Origin: Squalus acanthias
Taxonomy: Eukaryota
Direction of reading: 5' to 3'
Length of the DNA: 64,000 nt
NCBI GenBank assembly: GCA_030390025.1
Contig: CM059433.1
Span: 18,850,001-18,914,000, forward strand
Below the pieces are notes generated by a model that saw only the letters and a list, made by a program, of their open reading frames with translations, searched no databases and was not told the origin of the DNA. Shown one piece after another: positions 12,878 through 26,092 of the stretch. The first letter of the stretch is position 1. Every line of letters begins with the position of its first letter. Made by a program: the position numbers and the translations under genes.

Positions 12878-13972
12878 GGTCATGACGTTGGGGTACAAAC
12901 GGGAACCTGTTCAACCTCCGTCGCCTCCAGTCCAGATCCAAGGTCGTCCCATCCTCCGTCATCGAATTACAGTCTGCAGATGATGCTTGCGTCTGCGCTC
13001 ACTCAGAAGTCGAACTCCAAACCATCGTCAACACCTTCACCGAAGCGTACGAGAGCATGGGCCTTACACTAAACATCCGTAAGACAAAGGTCCTCTACCA
13101 ACCTGCCCTCGCCACACAGTACTGCCCCCGATTATCAAAATCCATGACGAGGCCTTGGACAACGTGGACCACTTTCCATACCTCGGAAGCCTACTGTCAA
13201 CAAGGGCAGACGTCGATGACGAAGTCCAACACTGCCTTCAGTGTGCCAGTGCAGCCTTCGGTCGCCTGAGGAAGGGAGTGTTTGAAGACCAGGACCTCAA
13301 ACCCGGCACTAAGCTCATGGTCTACAGAGCAGTAGTGATACCCGCCCTCCTGTATGCTTCAGGGACATGGACCATGTACAGCAGGCACCTCAAAGCACTG
13401 GAGAGGTACCACCAATGCTGCTTCCACAAGATCCTGCAAATCCATTGGCAGGATAGGCGCACCAACGTCAAGGTTCTCGCTCAGGCCAACATCCCCAGCA
13501 TCAAAGCTTTGACCACGCTCGATCAGCCCCGATGGATGGGCCACATCGTCCGCATGCCCGATACGAGACTCCCAAAACAAGCGCTCTACTCGGAGCTCCG
13601 GCACGGCAAGAGAGCCCAGGTGGGCCGAGGAAACGCTTCAAGGACACCCTCACAGCCTCCTTGAAAAAGTGCAACATCCCCTCCGACACTTGAGAATCCC
13701 TAGCCCAAGACCGCTCAAAGTGGAGGAGAAGCATCCGGGAAGGCGCCGAACACCTCGAGTCTCTTTGTCAGGAGCAAGCAGAAGCCAAGCGCAAACAACG
13801 GAAGGAGCGCACGTCAACCCGCGCACCCCACCCACCCGCCCCTTCAACCACCGTCTGCCCCACCTGTGACAGAGACTGTAGGTCCCGCATTGGACTCATC
13901 AGTCACCTGAGAACTCATTTTTAGTGTGGAAGCAAGTCATCCTCGGTTCCGAGGGACTGCCTAAGAAGAAGG
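12878..13972 (+). mobile_element. RTE-clade LINE, 5'-truncated and frameshifted
   Basis: GNLFNLRRL...ADD...GLTLNIRKTKV, FPYLGS, RWMGHIVRMPDTRLPKQALYSEL. Ends in an (AAG)n tail. Confidence 0.88.
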
Positions 13973-15010
13973 ATGGGGTGCTGGAGAGAGGGAATTCCTG
14001 CACCAGGAATTTCCTCAGCCCTGGCCTCCTTATAACACTGAGTGACCTGGTGACTGAAAAAGAGAGAGAGAGAGAGCGCGTGCACAAAAGGTGGGTCCAG
14101 CCATGCAAAAACGTGTTTGGAGGGAAAACACAGCTGCCATTATCCATGTAGCAGACTGCAAAGCCTTGGATGTTGTAAATCACGGTCTAGAAAACAGAAC
14201 TTAATGTATACCTATTACTGAACATTCATATTCAATAACTGACACTGGATGTAATAAGCAATAGTCTTATTTATTAACTGTCGACATAAGAAAATAATTA
14301 TCTTAGCTCGCTACAACTTACAAGCAATTCAGGCAATCTTGCTGAAATCAGAAATTGAGGTAAAGTGTTGAAAATATCATATGAAATTCATAGACAAAAT
14401 CTATTGAATACAACATTAAAATGGAGAGGGGAGAAGTTAGTTAAGAAAGTCTATTTCCTTAAGAATATAAAGAAAGAATTTACATTTATATCTGGGTTAG
14501 GACAGCGCTAATTTGCATTGCACACTCAAAATTACATAGTTACACTTAATTCAAAATATATAGATTAGTCAGGTCAGGCTGCCTGTTTTAATGGCTAATT
14601 ATACTCTTTGTTATTTTGCCCATCTCAGATCCAGATTTACTACAGAGGCAAAACAAGCTAAACTAAGCATTCACCTCTGTCATAAACTATCGGGGACCCA
14701 TCTAATGCACCATGAGATTGTATTACATGCCTGCAGATTACCATGAACAGATGCCGCCGTTAAATTTCCAGTTAGCATTTAAAGTAAAATAACTTTCTTG
14801 CGGCTATTTGTGAAACAGATGAGGGCTGTCATCATTATGGCAGGGAAACTCACAGCAGGATATTAAGAAAAGCAGCACAGGTACGTTTTTGCGACTGTGC
14901 AGTATTTATAAAGGAATAGGTGCCCTGAAGTGAAATGGTACTGATTAGGGAACATTCAGAGGAACTCTGAGTTTCTGTTTCATCTTGGATCTCATGCCAG
15001 TCACAGGAAA

Positions 15011-15910
15011 GACTGCACAGTGTTCAGCGCCATTCACAACTCCTCAGATAATGAAGCAGTCCATGCCCGCATGCAACAAGACCTGGACAACGTTCAGGCT
15101 TGGGCTGATAAGTGGCAGGTAACATTCGTGCCACAGAAGTGCCAGGCAATGACTATCTCCAACAAGCGAGAGTCTAACCACCTCCCCTTGACATTCAATG
15201 GCATTACCATCGCCGAATCCCCCACCATCAACATCCTGGGGGTCACCATTAACCAGAAACTTAACTGGACCAGCCACATAAATACTGTGGCAACAAAAGC
15301 AGGTCAGAGGCTCGGTATTCTGCGGTGCGTGTCTCACCTCCTGACTCCACAAAGCCTTTCCACCATCTACAAGGCACAAGTAAGGAGTGTAATGGAATAC
15401 TCTCCACTCGCTTGGTTGAGTGCAGCTCCAACAACACTCAAGAAGCTCAACACCATCCAGGACAAAGCAGCCCGCTTGATTGGCACCCCATCCACCACCT
15501 TAAACATTCACTCCCTCCACCACCGGCGTACCGTGGCTGCAGTGTGTACCATCTACAAGATGCACTGCAGCAACTCGCCAAGGCTTCTTCAGCAGCACCT
15601 CCCAAACCCGCGACCTCTTCCACCTAGAAGGACAAGGGCAGCAGGCGCATGGGAACACCACCACCTCCAAGTTCCCCTCCAAGTCACACACCATCCTGAC
15701 TTGGAAATATATCGCCGATCCTTCATCGTCACTGGGTCAAAATCCTGGAACACCCTCCCTAACAGCACTGAGGGAGTACCTTCACCACACGGACTGCAGC
15801 GGTTCAAGAAGGCGGCTCACCACCACCTTCTCAAGAGCAACTAGGGATGGGCAATAAATGCTGGCCTTGCCAGTGACGCCCAGATCCCATAAACGAATAA
15901 TTTTTAAAAA
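15011..15910 (+). mobile_element. Family A LINE 3' fragment (ORF 15020-15844)
   Basis: Near-identical to 1069-1705. C-terminal SWNTLP...FKKAAH motif, AATAAA and A-rich tail. Confidence 0.9.
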
Positions 15911-16553
15911 ACTCTCTGTGACTGCAGTACAAACAACATCCAGTTGATTCTTTTTGTGTGTGCTTTCAGTCTCTGTGTAAACAGTTTCCCAACAAAATTA
16001 TAAAATGATAACATTTTGAAAGAAATAAAACCATAAGAAAGCTGTTTTTTTATTTTGACAGATTGAATTGGTTAAACTCAGATTAGGCCAGACTCGTACC
16101 TTCTTGAAGTGTATAAATATTCTCGCGTGCTCTAAAATACATGATTTGCCCAGTACTTTACAGAGCTAAAAGTAAATCATTTTCATATATAAAAGAAGAA
16201 GTATTTAATTTTCTGTTTCTGGGAGCACCGTGACATTTCAAAATGACTTCTGTCCTTTATTGTGCAAATTAACTTTTCAGCGCTCCCAAAACTCCTTTCC
16301 CGATTAATTCTTGAACACTTTTGATAGATTAAGACAAAGATTAGCTATTGATTCATTGTAGCAGTGTAAAATGCATGACATTTATACTGATACTGTATAC
16401 TTCTTATCATTTTTTAAAAATGCAATCAAAATTACAATGAATGTGTTACTGCATTAATGATTACAAGGGTATTTTATTTGAGTTAAGACACCGCAAATAA
16501 AGATGCAGAACAATAAGATTTTTTACAAATGGTTATCATCAGTCTTAACCGCA

Positions 16554-18666
16554 GTGTCAGCTGTGGCTCAGTGGGTAGCACACTCGCCTCTGAGTCAGAA
16601 GGTTGTGGGTTGAGCACATAAATCCACACTGACACCCCAGTGCAGTGCTGAGGGAGTGCTGCACTGTCGGAGGTGCCGTCTTTCAGAGGAGACGTTATAC
16701 CGGGCCCCGTCTGCTCTCTCAGGTGGACGTAAAAGATCCCACGGCACTATTTCGAAGAAGAGCAGCGGAGTTATCCCCGGTGTCCTGGGCCAATATTTAT
16801 CCCTCAATCAATAGAACAAAAACAGATTATCTGGTCATTATCACATTGCTGTTTGTGGGAGCTTGCTGTGCGCAATAGGCTGTGTAAGGGGTGACCTGCG
16901 GCTCTGTGCTTAGCCTGGGTGCTAGTGCGAGGTTAGGCCTTGTTGCCTGTTCTGGTCTCCAGCCAGCCTGGTAACACTAGACACCTGTGAGTGGTTCGAC
17001 CCACTCGCCCTTACGGTTCTGACACTGGACTTAGGTGCGAGAGCAATAATGCAGAGAAAACTCAGGTAGACCCGGTTGAATAGTGCGAAATGGAAAATCT
17101 TTATTGCATATTATTCAAGATTACGAGATACATGTCATAAGCACAGATTAATGACAGTACAATCTTACACACAGTTATGTAACTAATTTTAGGGAAACGA
17201 GGAGCGCATGACACATCGTAAAAGGGGGCACACATTACAATTATCCTTAAAACTTAAACCCTCCCCTATCAATACCTGTCCTAAACTAGATTTGTAGGAT
17301 CGAGACTCATGCTCACCACTCGTGATAACTCGGAGAATTCCGAAACTCTGCTCGGATGTTTTTACCGCAGCACTTGACTATCCACGTGTTGATCAGGGGT
17401 CTCTGTACCCCACTTGTTTACTCGTTTCTGCTCCGGCTAGCAGACTGGACCGTCTGCTGTCATGAAGATCTGTGCTGTCCTCGGAGTTCCGATACTACTC
17501 GAAGAAGAGTCTTCCTGTGCCCTCACACCGGTTTGATAAAACTCGAAGAATGGTCTTCCTGGGCAAGGAAAAAATGTTTATTCGACCTACAGGCGCGGTC
17601 GGGGCTTACTGACCGTGGCGATACGTATTGTCGTCTTCTTCTCTTCTCATCTCATCTCATCTCATCTCATCTCATCTCATCTCGGGCCTTCGGTTCCAAC
17701 ACCGTTTACCGACTTCTCGGGATGGTGTGCCCGTTTCAAGGCCTCACAGCCCAGTTCTACACAGATCTTCGCGGCAAGCCACGAGGTTGATCCTAGCGGA
17801 TCAGAGTCCAGAGCCGTCAGGCAAGAGAATAAAAGTTCAACAGTCTTCCAGCGAGTCAAAACAGCAAGAGCAGCAAGAGGCAGGCGGCAAGAGACAAGAG
17901 AAACAAGAGACAGATGGACGGTTGTACCTTACAGTTATAGTGCTGTAATTCCTCTTTTCCCGCCCAATCTTAATGTCTATCTTTTGTCAGGTTTTTGGCA
18001 CTCAAACTTCTTGTATAGGGTGATCTCCGTTTTTAATGGGTTTCGGTGATACTTGTAACTGTCTGAGTACCCGTTAATACTTCTCCCATTGTGTAACCGG
18101 CTAGTAGTCTCCCTGGAGGGGTTTTGGGGCTTCCAAATGCTTTCTGTAACTACCCGCAAACGGCTCTCTCATCGTAGAGTCGTGGGGATTTTGCATATTA
18201 ATGTCTTTGGATGGGTTCTTGATCGCTCGGTACAATAGCCCTTATTCGCACCTGGGAGACCGATTCCAGTATTTATGTATAAAATGCAAACCCATCATGT
18301 CTTGTCAATTATCTCAAATGTGCTGAGTCCTGTACGATCTTGCACAAATGTTTATTGGAACGCCATCTTGTCTGCTCATTGAAAGTCTAGAACGTTCTGC
18401 CACGAGGCGTGGCGGCCATTTTACAGGCTGTTTGTGTCCGCTTTGAAAACCTGACAGCATTCTGCTGAAATAAAGCTGTTTGTACGAAACTTTATGTCTC
18501 CTTCTTATTTTATAAAATCGCGATAATTTTGCGAATTCTACAGCTGCCGTGTTTCCCACATTACAACAGTGGCTACACTCCAAAATTACTTCATTGGCTG
18601 TAAAGCGCTTTCAGATGTCCGGTGGTCGTGAAAGGTGCTATTTAAATGCAAGTCTTTCTTTCTTTC
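16554..18666 (+). mobile_element. tRNA-derived SINE split by a solo LTR (16554-16882 + 18543-18666)
   Basis: A-box TGGCTCAGTGGG. Body and tail rejoin across the TSD GCTG. Confidence 0.85.
16883..18542 (-). mobile_element. Solo LTR (1660 bp) containing a (TCTCA)n microsatellite at ~17645-17682
   Basis: TGTA...TACA termini, 4-bp TSD GCTG, minus-strand AATAAA near 17100. Confidence 0.8.
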
Positions 18667-18781
18667 TCATGCTTATCCAGTATTAAGCATTGTTAAGAGT
18701 TCGTTCAGACATATTCTTCGCAGTGAAGGTGAATCCATTTCGGGCTGTCAACATCAAAAGTTGTTACAGGCTTATTAGTAG

Positions 18782-19323
18782 GTGTCAGCCTGGGCTCAGT
18801 GGTAGCACCCTAACATTTGAGTCAGAAGGTTGTGGGTTTCAGTTGCATTCCAAAGATTTGAGCATATAATCCAGGCTGACACTTTAGCGCAATGCTGAGA
18901 CAGTGCTGCACCATTGGAGGCAATGTTCCCTTTAAGCTGAGCGTCCGCACAGCGCTCTGGAGCTCCCGTGCAGCCGGCTCACCGGCTTTTAAATGGGAAA
19001 AACCGCACATGCGCGGTATTTTGAATGGGCCACGCAGCCCCTTAAAGGGCCCGCGCACCCCAAAAAAAAAATTAAAGGGAACATTGGTTGGAGGTACCGT
19101 CTTTCGGATGAGATGTCTGCTCTCTCAGGTGGATGTAAAAGATCCCATGGCACTGTTTTGAAAAAGAGCAGGGGAGTTCTCCCCAGTGTCCTGGTCAATA
19201 TTTATCCCTCAACCAACATCACTAAAACAGATTCTGATCATTTATCTTATTGCTGTTTGTAAGACTTTGCTGTGTGTAAATTGGCTGCTGAGTTTCCCTA
19301 CATTACAACAGTGACACACTTCA
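18782..19323 (+). mobile_element. tRNA-derived SINE with a nested hAT-type MITE
   Basis: A-box GGCTCAGTGG. Body similar to the copy at 16554. Confidence 0.8.
18921..19086. mobile_element. hAT-type MITE
   Basis: TIRs CAATGTTCCCTTTAA / TTAAAGGGAACATTG, near-perfect 8-bp TSD (A/G)TTGGAGG. Confidence 0.8.
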
Positions 19324-19384
19324 TGTGTTGGGGCTGGGGTGAATTGTATGTGCGAGCCATCTTTAAAGGGATACAGCTACTTAA

Positions 19385-19950
19385 AAACTGTTAGACCACA
19401 CCTGGAATACTGTGTTCAGTTCTGGGTACCACACCTTAGCACAGTTAAATTGGCCTTGGAGGGAGTGCAGTGTAGATGTACTAGAATGATACCTGGACTC
19501 GAAGGGTTAAATTATGAAGAGAGATTACACAAACTAGGGTTGTCTTCCCTGGAATTTAGAAGATTAAGGGGTGATTTGATTGAAGTTTTCAAGATATTAA
19601 GGGGAACTGATAGGGGAGATAGAGAGAAACTATTTCTGCTGGTTGGGGAATCTAAGACTAGGGAGCATAACCTAAAAATTACAGCCAGACCTTTCAGGAG
19701 CGAAATTAGGAAACACTTCTGCACACAAAGGGTGGTAGAAGTTTGGAACTCTCTTCCATAAACAGCAACTGATGCGAGATCAATTGTTAATTTTAAATCT
19801 GAGATTGATAGATTTCTGTTAACCAAAGGTATTAAGGGATATGGGGCAAAGGTGAGTATATGGAGTTAGGTCACAGATCAGCCATGATCTCATTGAATGG
19901 AGGAACAGGCTCGAGGGGCTCAATGACCTACTCCTGTTCCTATGTTCGTA
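19385..19950 (+). mobile_element. CR1 3' fragment
   Basis: VRPHLEYCVQFW...LRGDLIEVFK...RVVEVWNSLP plus the CR1 3'UTR. Confidence 0.88.
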
Positions 19951-19981
19951 TAAGGCATTCAGCTGCAAAAAATGTTTAGTT

Positions 19982-22569
19982 TGTTGAGGCTGCCGCGAAA
20001 CACAAATTAAGGCTGAATCCATGTGCGGAAAACAAGAGACTTTTTTAATACAACTGCATGGTACAAAATGGCTGAACAGAAAGCTCCCAGAATTCACTGG
20101 GAAAATCCTGAGGCCCCGCCCACTCCTGCCTTAAAGGTAAGGTGCCTTAAAGGGAAGGTGCTCGATATATTGTCCACGGACAGAAGAGTGGATTATGCCC
20201 GTTTAGGTGGCGATTCGCCACACAGCTCCCCCCAGAATCCGCTTAGGAGGTGTGGACGAGACGGTGCAGGCGGTCTGATAGGCCAGCCGGAGCGGCTCTT
20301 GTAGGACGCCGGTGGACGTGGAACGGCCGGGCGTGGAGCAGCCGGGTGAACCGGCTTGAGGGCAGGTCGGCCGCGTGGAGGTGGACGAGCTACAGGGACC
20401 TGCTCACCAGGCTCCGAGTGTGCTGGCTTGAGTCGGTCAACCGACACTTTTTCGGTCCTGTCGCCCACTTGCAGGGTGAAAAATTTGTCCCCAGCCTGTA
20501 GCACCTTGTAAGGCCCGTCGTACGGGGGTTGAAGGGGTCCGCGGTGGGCGTCGTGCCGGACGAAAACAAACCGTGCCTGGTGCAGGCTTAGTGGGACGTG
20601 TGAGGTGGATTTGCCGTGTCGGGCAATGGGCACCGGGGCAAACTGCAGCGCCGGTGAGGCGAAGTCGTGGCGTTGCTGGTCGGCTGACCAGGGTGTCGTG
20701 GCGGTGGGCAGGAACTCGCCGGGTACGCGCAGCGGCTGACCGTACACGAGCTCTGCTGCCGATGCGTGGAGGTCTTCTTTAACCGCGGTGTGCAGGCCGA
20801 GGAGGACCCACGGAAGTCGGTCGGTCCAGGCGCCGTCCTGGAGGCTGGCTTGAAGAGATGCTTTCAAGGATCTGTGGAACCGCTCACACAGTCCGTTGGC
20901 TTGGGGGTGGTACGCTGTGGTGCGGTGAATGGTCACCCCGAGATTGCGTGCGACGGCGGTCCAGAGTTCAGAGGTAAATTGCGGACCTCTGTCCGACGTC
21001 ATGTCGGAGGGGACGCCGAACCGTGCGACCCAGGTGCTGACGAAGGCTCTGGCGATGTCGGCGGTGGTGGTAGAGGTCAGTGGAATTGCCTCGGGCCAGC
21101 GTGTGGTGGGGATGAAGTGTTCCACCCCGTGTTTGGCGGCCTCCGCGGAGAAGGTCGGATTGGTAAGGGCCGGGAATTCGGCCAGGAGTGCCGAGTAGTC
21201 ATCCGTGGCCCGGGCGTGGCACTGTGACGCCATGTCGGCGGGTTGACGGGGTGCCATGGCGCCCAGGATGGGGGACATGGTGTTCATGTCCACGAGGCGG
21301 TGATGGGGGATGTCTACCAGTAGGCCGTGGGCGCACAGGAAATCTGCGCCGATGAGAGGGGAGGGCACCTTGGCAGTGATGAACTCCCATCAGTAGCGGC
21401 GACCAGCGGCGACCATACGTCCGGATTTCGGAGCCGTTAGCAGCAGCCAGCGCCGGTCCTCGTTCACCCTTTTGGATGTCGAGGGAGGAGGCCGGGATGA
21501 TGCTGTGCTGAGCCCCAGTGTCGCACAGGAACCGGCGGCCGGTTTTGTCATCCGTGACGAACAGCAGGGAGCCCGCGTGGCCCACGGCCATTGCGGGGGC
21601 TGGTACGGGGGCGGACTTGAAAGAGCAGGGAGGTGTGCACCGTTGTGCCCTGGCGCCGAACCGTGCATTGTAGTAACAGTGGCCCGGGTTAGTGGGGCGT
21701 GAAGGCCCCGTGGGCCTGGTGGCAGGCCCTTGTGGCCACGTGGTGGCCGGTGAGTGGCGCGCCCAGGCATTGGCTGCCAGGTCCGGAGTGACGTCGCGGC
21801 TGGAATGAGCGGACAGCAGCTTGTCGGCCTCATCGGCCAGGGCTTCCAGATTCGTGAGGCCGGACGCCACGATCGCTGGGCGGATGCTGAGATGGAGCTA
21901 GCGGATGAACAGCGTGCGGAAGAGGGATCCGGGTGGGCTCTCGTCGGTGAGGGAGAGCATGTGGGAGAGGAGGTCTGACGGTGAGGCATCACCGAGGCCT
22001 GGAAGGTCGAGGAGGTGGCAGTTTCGCTGATATGCCAAGGCCGTAAATTTTTTAAGGAACGCTGTCTTGAGATGTGCGTACTTGCCTTCCTCTGGTGGGT
22101 TCTGCAGCGCTGTCCAAACCTTGGAAACTGTGGCGCTACCGAGTGATGTGATGAGGTAGTCGTACTGCGTCCGATCTGTGGTGATGTTTCGCTAGCCGGA
22201 AGCGAGATTCAGCTTGGAGAAACCAGGCTTCGGGCTGGTTTTCCCAAAACTCCGGCAGTTTCATGGAAACTGTGTTCGTGTCTGCCATTGCAGTGCTCGG
22301 AATAAGTTCTGAGCGTCGGGGTCACCAATGTTGAGGCTGCCGTGAAACACGAATTGAGGCTGAATCCATGTGCGGAAAACAAGAGATTTTTTTAATACAA
22401 CTGCATGGTACAAAATGGCTGAACAGAAAGCTCCCAGAATTCCCTGAAAAAATCCTGAGGCCCCGCCCACTCTTGCCTTAAAGGTAAGGTGCCTTAAAGG
22501 GAAGGTGCTCGATATATTGTCCACGAACGGAAGAGTGGATAATGCCCGTTTAGGTGGCGATCCGCCACA
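19982..22569 (-). mobile_element. Internally deleted Ty3/Gypsy LTR retrotransposon, CsRn1-like
   Basis: 241-bp LTRs (19982-20222, 22329-22569), TSD AGTT, PBS TGGTGACCCCGACG (tRNA-Trp), PPT beside the 3' LTR. Gag Cys motif, protease FLCDTGA, integrase SDRGPQF...HPQANGLCERFH...GPY. No RT or RNase H. Confidence 0.9.
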
Positions 22570-22849
22570 AGTTTGTCAAACGGCATTAAAAGTTAGCAGT
22601 CTTTGCAAAGGCTGTTCTGGGGAGAGGAAGGAAGTGTCTGGCAAAAATAGAATGAACACAATCTCAATGGGGTGTCATGAAAAAGAGTCGGTGGGTGAGT
22701 GACGGAGTGACACAACACCTGACCTCCCTGATTGACAGCTGTTGAAATGGGCATTCTGCTGCACGAAGTACAAGTGAGGAGTGTTGCCCTATTTATGACT
22801 CCAGGTCACCCTTCTGAGAGAACAACAGTGCATCATGTCAGGCAGGAGG

Positions 22850-25469
22850 TAGTTGCAGGATTTTGACCCAGCGACGATGAAGGAACGGCAATATATTTCC
22901 AAGTAAGGATGATGTGTGACTTGGAGGGGAACTTGGAGGTGGTGGTGTTCCCATGTGCCTGCTGCCCTTGTCTTTCTAGGTAGTAGAGGTCGCGGGTTTG
23001 GGAGGTGCTGCCGAAGAAGCCTTGGCGAGTTGCTGCAGTGCATCTTGTAGATGGTACGCACTGCAGCCACAGTGCGCCGGTGGTGGAGGGAGTGAATGTT
23101 TAAGGTGGTGGATGGGGTGCCAATCAAGCGGGCTGCTTTGTTCTGGATGGTGTTGAGCTTCTTGAGTGTTGTTGGAGCTACACTCATCCAGGCAAGCTGA
23201 GAGTTTTCCATCACACTCCTGACTTGTGCCTTGTACGTGGCAGAAAGGCTTTGGGGAGTCAGGAGGTGAGACACTCGCCACAGAATACCTAGCCTCTGAC
23301 CTGCTCTTGTAGAAACAGTATTTATGTGTCTGGTCCAGTTAGGTTTCTGGTCAATGGTAACCCCCAAGATGTTGATGGTGGGGGATTCGGCGATGGTAAT
23401 GCCATTCAATGTCAAGGGGAGGTGGTTAGACTCTCTGTTGTTGGAGATAGTCATTGTCTGACAATTGTGTAGTGCGAATGTAACTTGCCACTTATCAGCG
23501 CAAGCCTAGATGTTGTCCAGTGCTTGCTGCATGTGGGCATGGACTGGTTCATTATCTGAGGAATTGCGAATGGAACTGAACACTGTGCAATCATCAGTGA
23601 ACATCCCCACTTCTGACCTTATGGTGGAGGGAAGGTCATTGATGAAGCAGCTGAAGATGGTTGGGCCTAGGACACTGCCCTGAGGAACTCCTGCAGCGAT
23701 GTCCTGGGACTGAGATGATTGACCTCTAACAACCACAACCATCTTCCTTTGTGCTAGGTATGACGCCAGCCAGTGGAGCATTTTCCCCCTGATCCCCATT
23801 GACTTCAGTTTTACTAGGGCTCCTTGGTGCCACATTCGGTCAAATGCTGCCATTGATGTCAAGGGCAGTCACTCTCACCTCACCTCTGGAATTCAGCTCT
23901 TTTGTCCATGTTTGGACCAAGACTGTAATGAAGTCTGGAGCCGAGTGGTCCTGTCAGAACCCAAACTGGGCATCGGTTAGCAGGTTATTGGTAAGTAAGT
24001 GCCGCTTGATAGCACTGTCGATGACACCTTCCGTCACTTTGCTGATGATTGAGAGTAGATTGATGGGGCGGTAATTGGCCGGATTGGATTTGTCCTGCCT
24101 TTTGTGGACGGGACATCCCTGGCCAATTTTCCACTTTGTTGGGTAGATGCCAGTGTGTACTGGAATAGCTTGGCTAGAGGCACGGCTAGTTCTGGAGCAC
24201 AAGTCTTGAGCACTACAGCCAGGATGTTGTTGGGCCCCACAGCCTTTGCCGTATCCAGTGCACTCAGTTGTTTCTTGCTATCAATGTGGAGTGAATCGAA
24301 TTGGCTGAAGACTGACATCTGTGATGGTGGGGGACCTCAGGAGCAGGCCGAGATGCATCATTCACTGGTTGCAAAAGCTTCAGCCTTATTTTTGTGCTCA
24401 ATTGCTGGGCTCTGCCATCTTTGAGGATGGGGATGTTCAAGGAGCCTCCTCCTCCCATTAGTTGTTTAATTGTCCACCACCATTCACGACTGAATGTGGC
24501 AGGACTGCAGAGCTTTGATCTGATCCGTTGGTTGTGGGATCACTTAGCTCTATATATAGCATGCTGCTTCCACTGTTATTAGCATGCATGTTGTAGCTTC
24601 ACCAGGTTGGCACGTCATTTTTAGGTATGCCTGGTGCTGCTCCTGGCATGCTCTTCTGCACTCCTCATTGAACTAGGGTTGGTCGCCTGGCTTGATGGTA
24701 ATGGTAGAGTGAGGGATATGCCAGGCCATGAGGTTACAGATTTTGGTGGAATATAAATCTGCTGCTGCTGATGGCCCACAGCATCTCCTGGATGCCCGGT
24801 TTTGAGTTGCTAGATCTGCTCTGAATATATCCCATTCGGCACGGTGGTAGTGCCACACAACATGATGGAAGGTGTCCTCAGTGTGAAGATGGAACTTTGT
24901 CTCCACAAGGACTGCGCGGTGGTCACTCCTACCAATACTGTCATGGACAAATGCATCTGCGACAGGCAGATTGGTGAGGATGAGGTCAAGTAGGTTTTTC
25001 CCTCATCTTGATTCTCTCACCACCTGCCACAGACCCGGTCTAGTAGCTATGTCCTTCAGGGCTCGGTCAGTAGTGGTGCTACCGAGCCAGTTTTAGTGAT
25101 GGACATTAAAGTCCCCCACCCAGAGTACATTCTGTGCCCTTGCTACCCTCAGTGCTTCTTCCAAGTGGTGTTCAACATGGAGGAGTACTGATTTATCAGC
25201 TAAGGGAGGGTGGTAGGTGGTAATCAACAGGAGGTTTCCTTCCCATGTCTGACCTGATGCCATGAGACTTCATGGGGTCCGGAGTCAATGTTTAGGACTC
25301 CCAGGGCTACTTCCTCCTGACTGTATAGTACTGTACTTGATGGTAATGGTAATGGTAGAGTAAGGGATATGCCAGGCCATGAGGTTACAGATTTTGGTGG
25401 AATATAATTCTGCTGCTGCTGATGGCCCACAGCATCTCCTGGATGCCCAGTTTTGAGTTGCTAGATCTG
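22850..25469 (-). mobile_element. Long degraded family A LINE, continuing at ~41935-42310
   Basis: RT-homologous ORF pieces at 22789-23454, 23506-23862 and 23954-24202, plus an upstream endonuclease-region sequence. GCTAGATCTG|TTCTGAATATATCCC rejoins across the nested insertions. Confidence 0.85.
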
Positions 25470-26055
25470 TTACCATTACCATTACCATCGAGTACAGGAG
25501 CAAGGATGTCTTGCTGCAGTTGTACAAGGCTTTGGTGAGACCACACCTTGAGTATTGTGTGCAGTTTTGGTCGCCTTATCTGAGGAAGGATGTTCTTGCC
25601 ATGGAGGGAGTGCAGCGAAGATTTACCAGACTGATACCTGGGATGGCAGGAATGACGTATGAAGAGAGATTGGGTCGATTAGGCTTATATTCGCTAGAGT
25701 TTAGAAGAATGAGAGGGGATCTCATTGAAACTTATAAAATTCTAACATGACTAGACAGACTAGTTGCAGGAAGGATGTTCCCGATGGCGGGTGTTGCTCC
25801 GAATTCGCTAGATGTTTGAAAGATCGAACAAATAGGTTAGCAACTTTTCCTTTTAGGGTTCAAATGTAAGTTTGGTCTGAACAAACACACAGGCAACAGA
25901 TTTCGTGTACAAAGATTTATCTTTAATAAATGCTTAACAAACACCGTTCGTAGTTTAAAGTACAATTCCAAAATATAAGACTCACAACTTAAATAACAAC
26001 AGAAAACGCTGGAAAAACTCAGCAGGCCAGGCAGCATCCGTGGAGAGAGAAAGAG

Positions 26056-26092
26056 AGTTGACGTTTCAGGTCGATGACCTTTCATCAGAACT
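26056..26092 (-). ncRNA. Minimal type I hammerhead ribozyme motif
   Basis: Minus strand reads AGTT-CTGATGA-A-AGGTC-ATC-GACCT-GAAA-C-GTC-AACT: conserved core, stem II, stem I and a GUC cleavage triplet. Confidence 0.8.
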
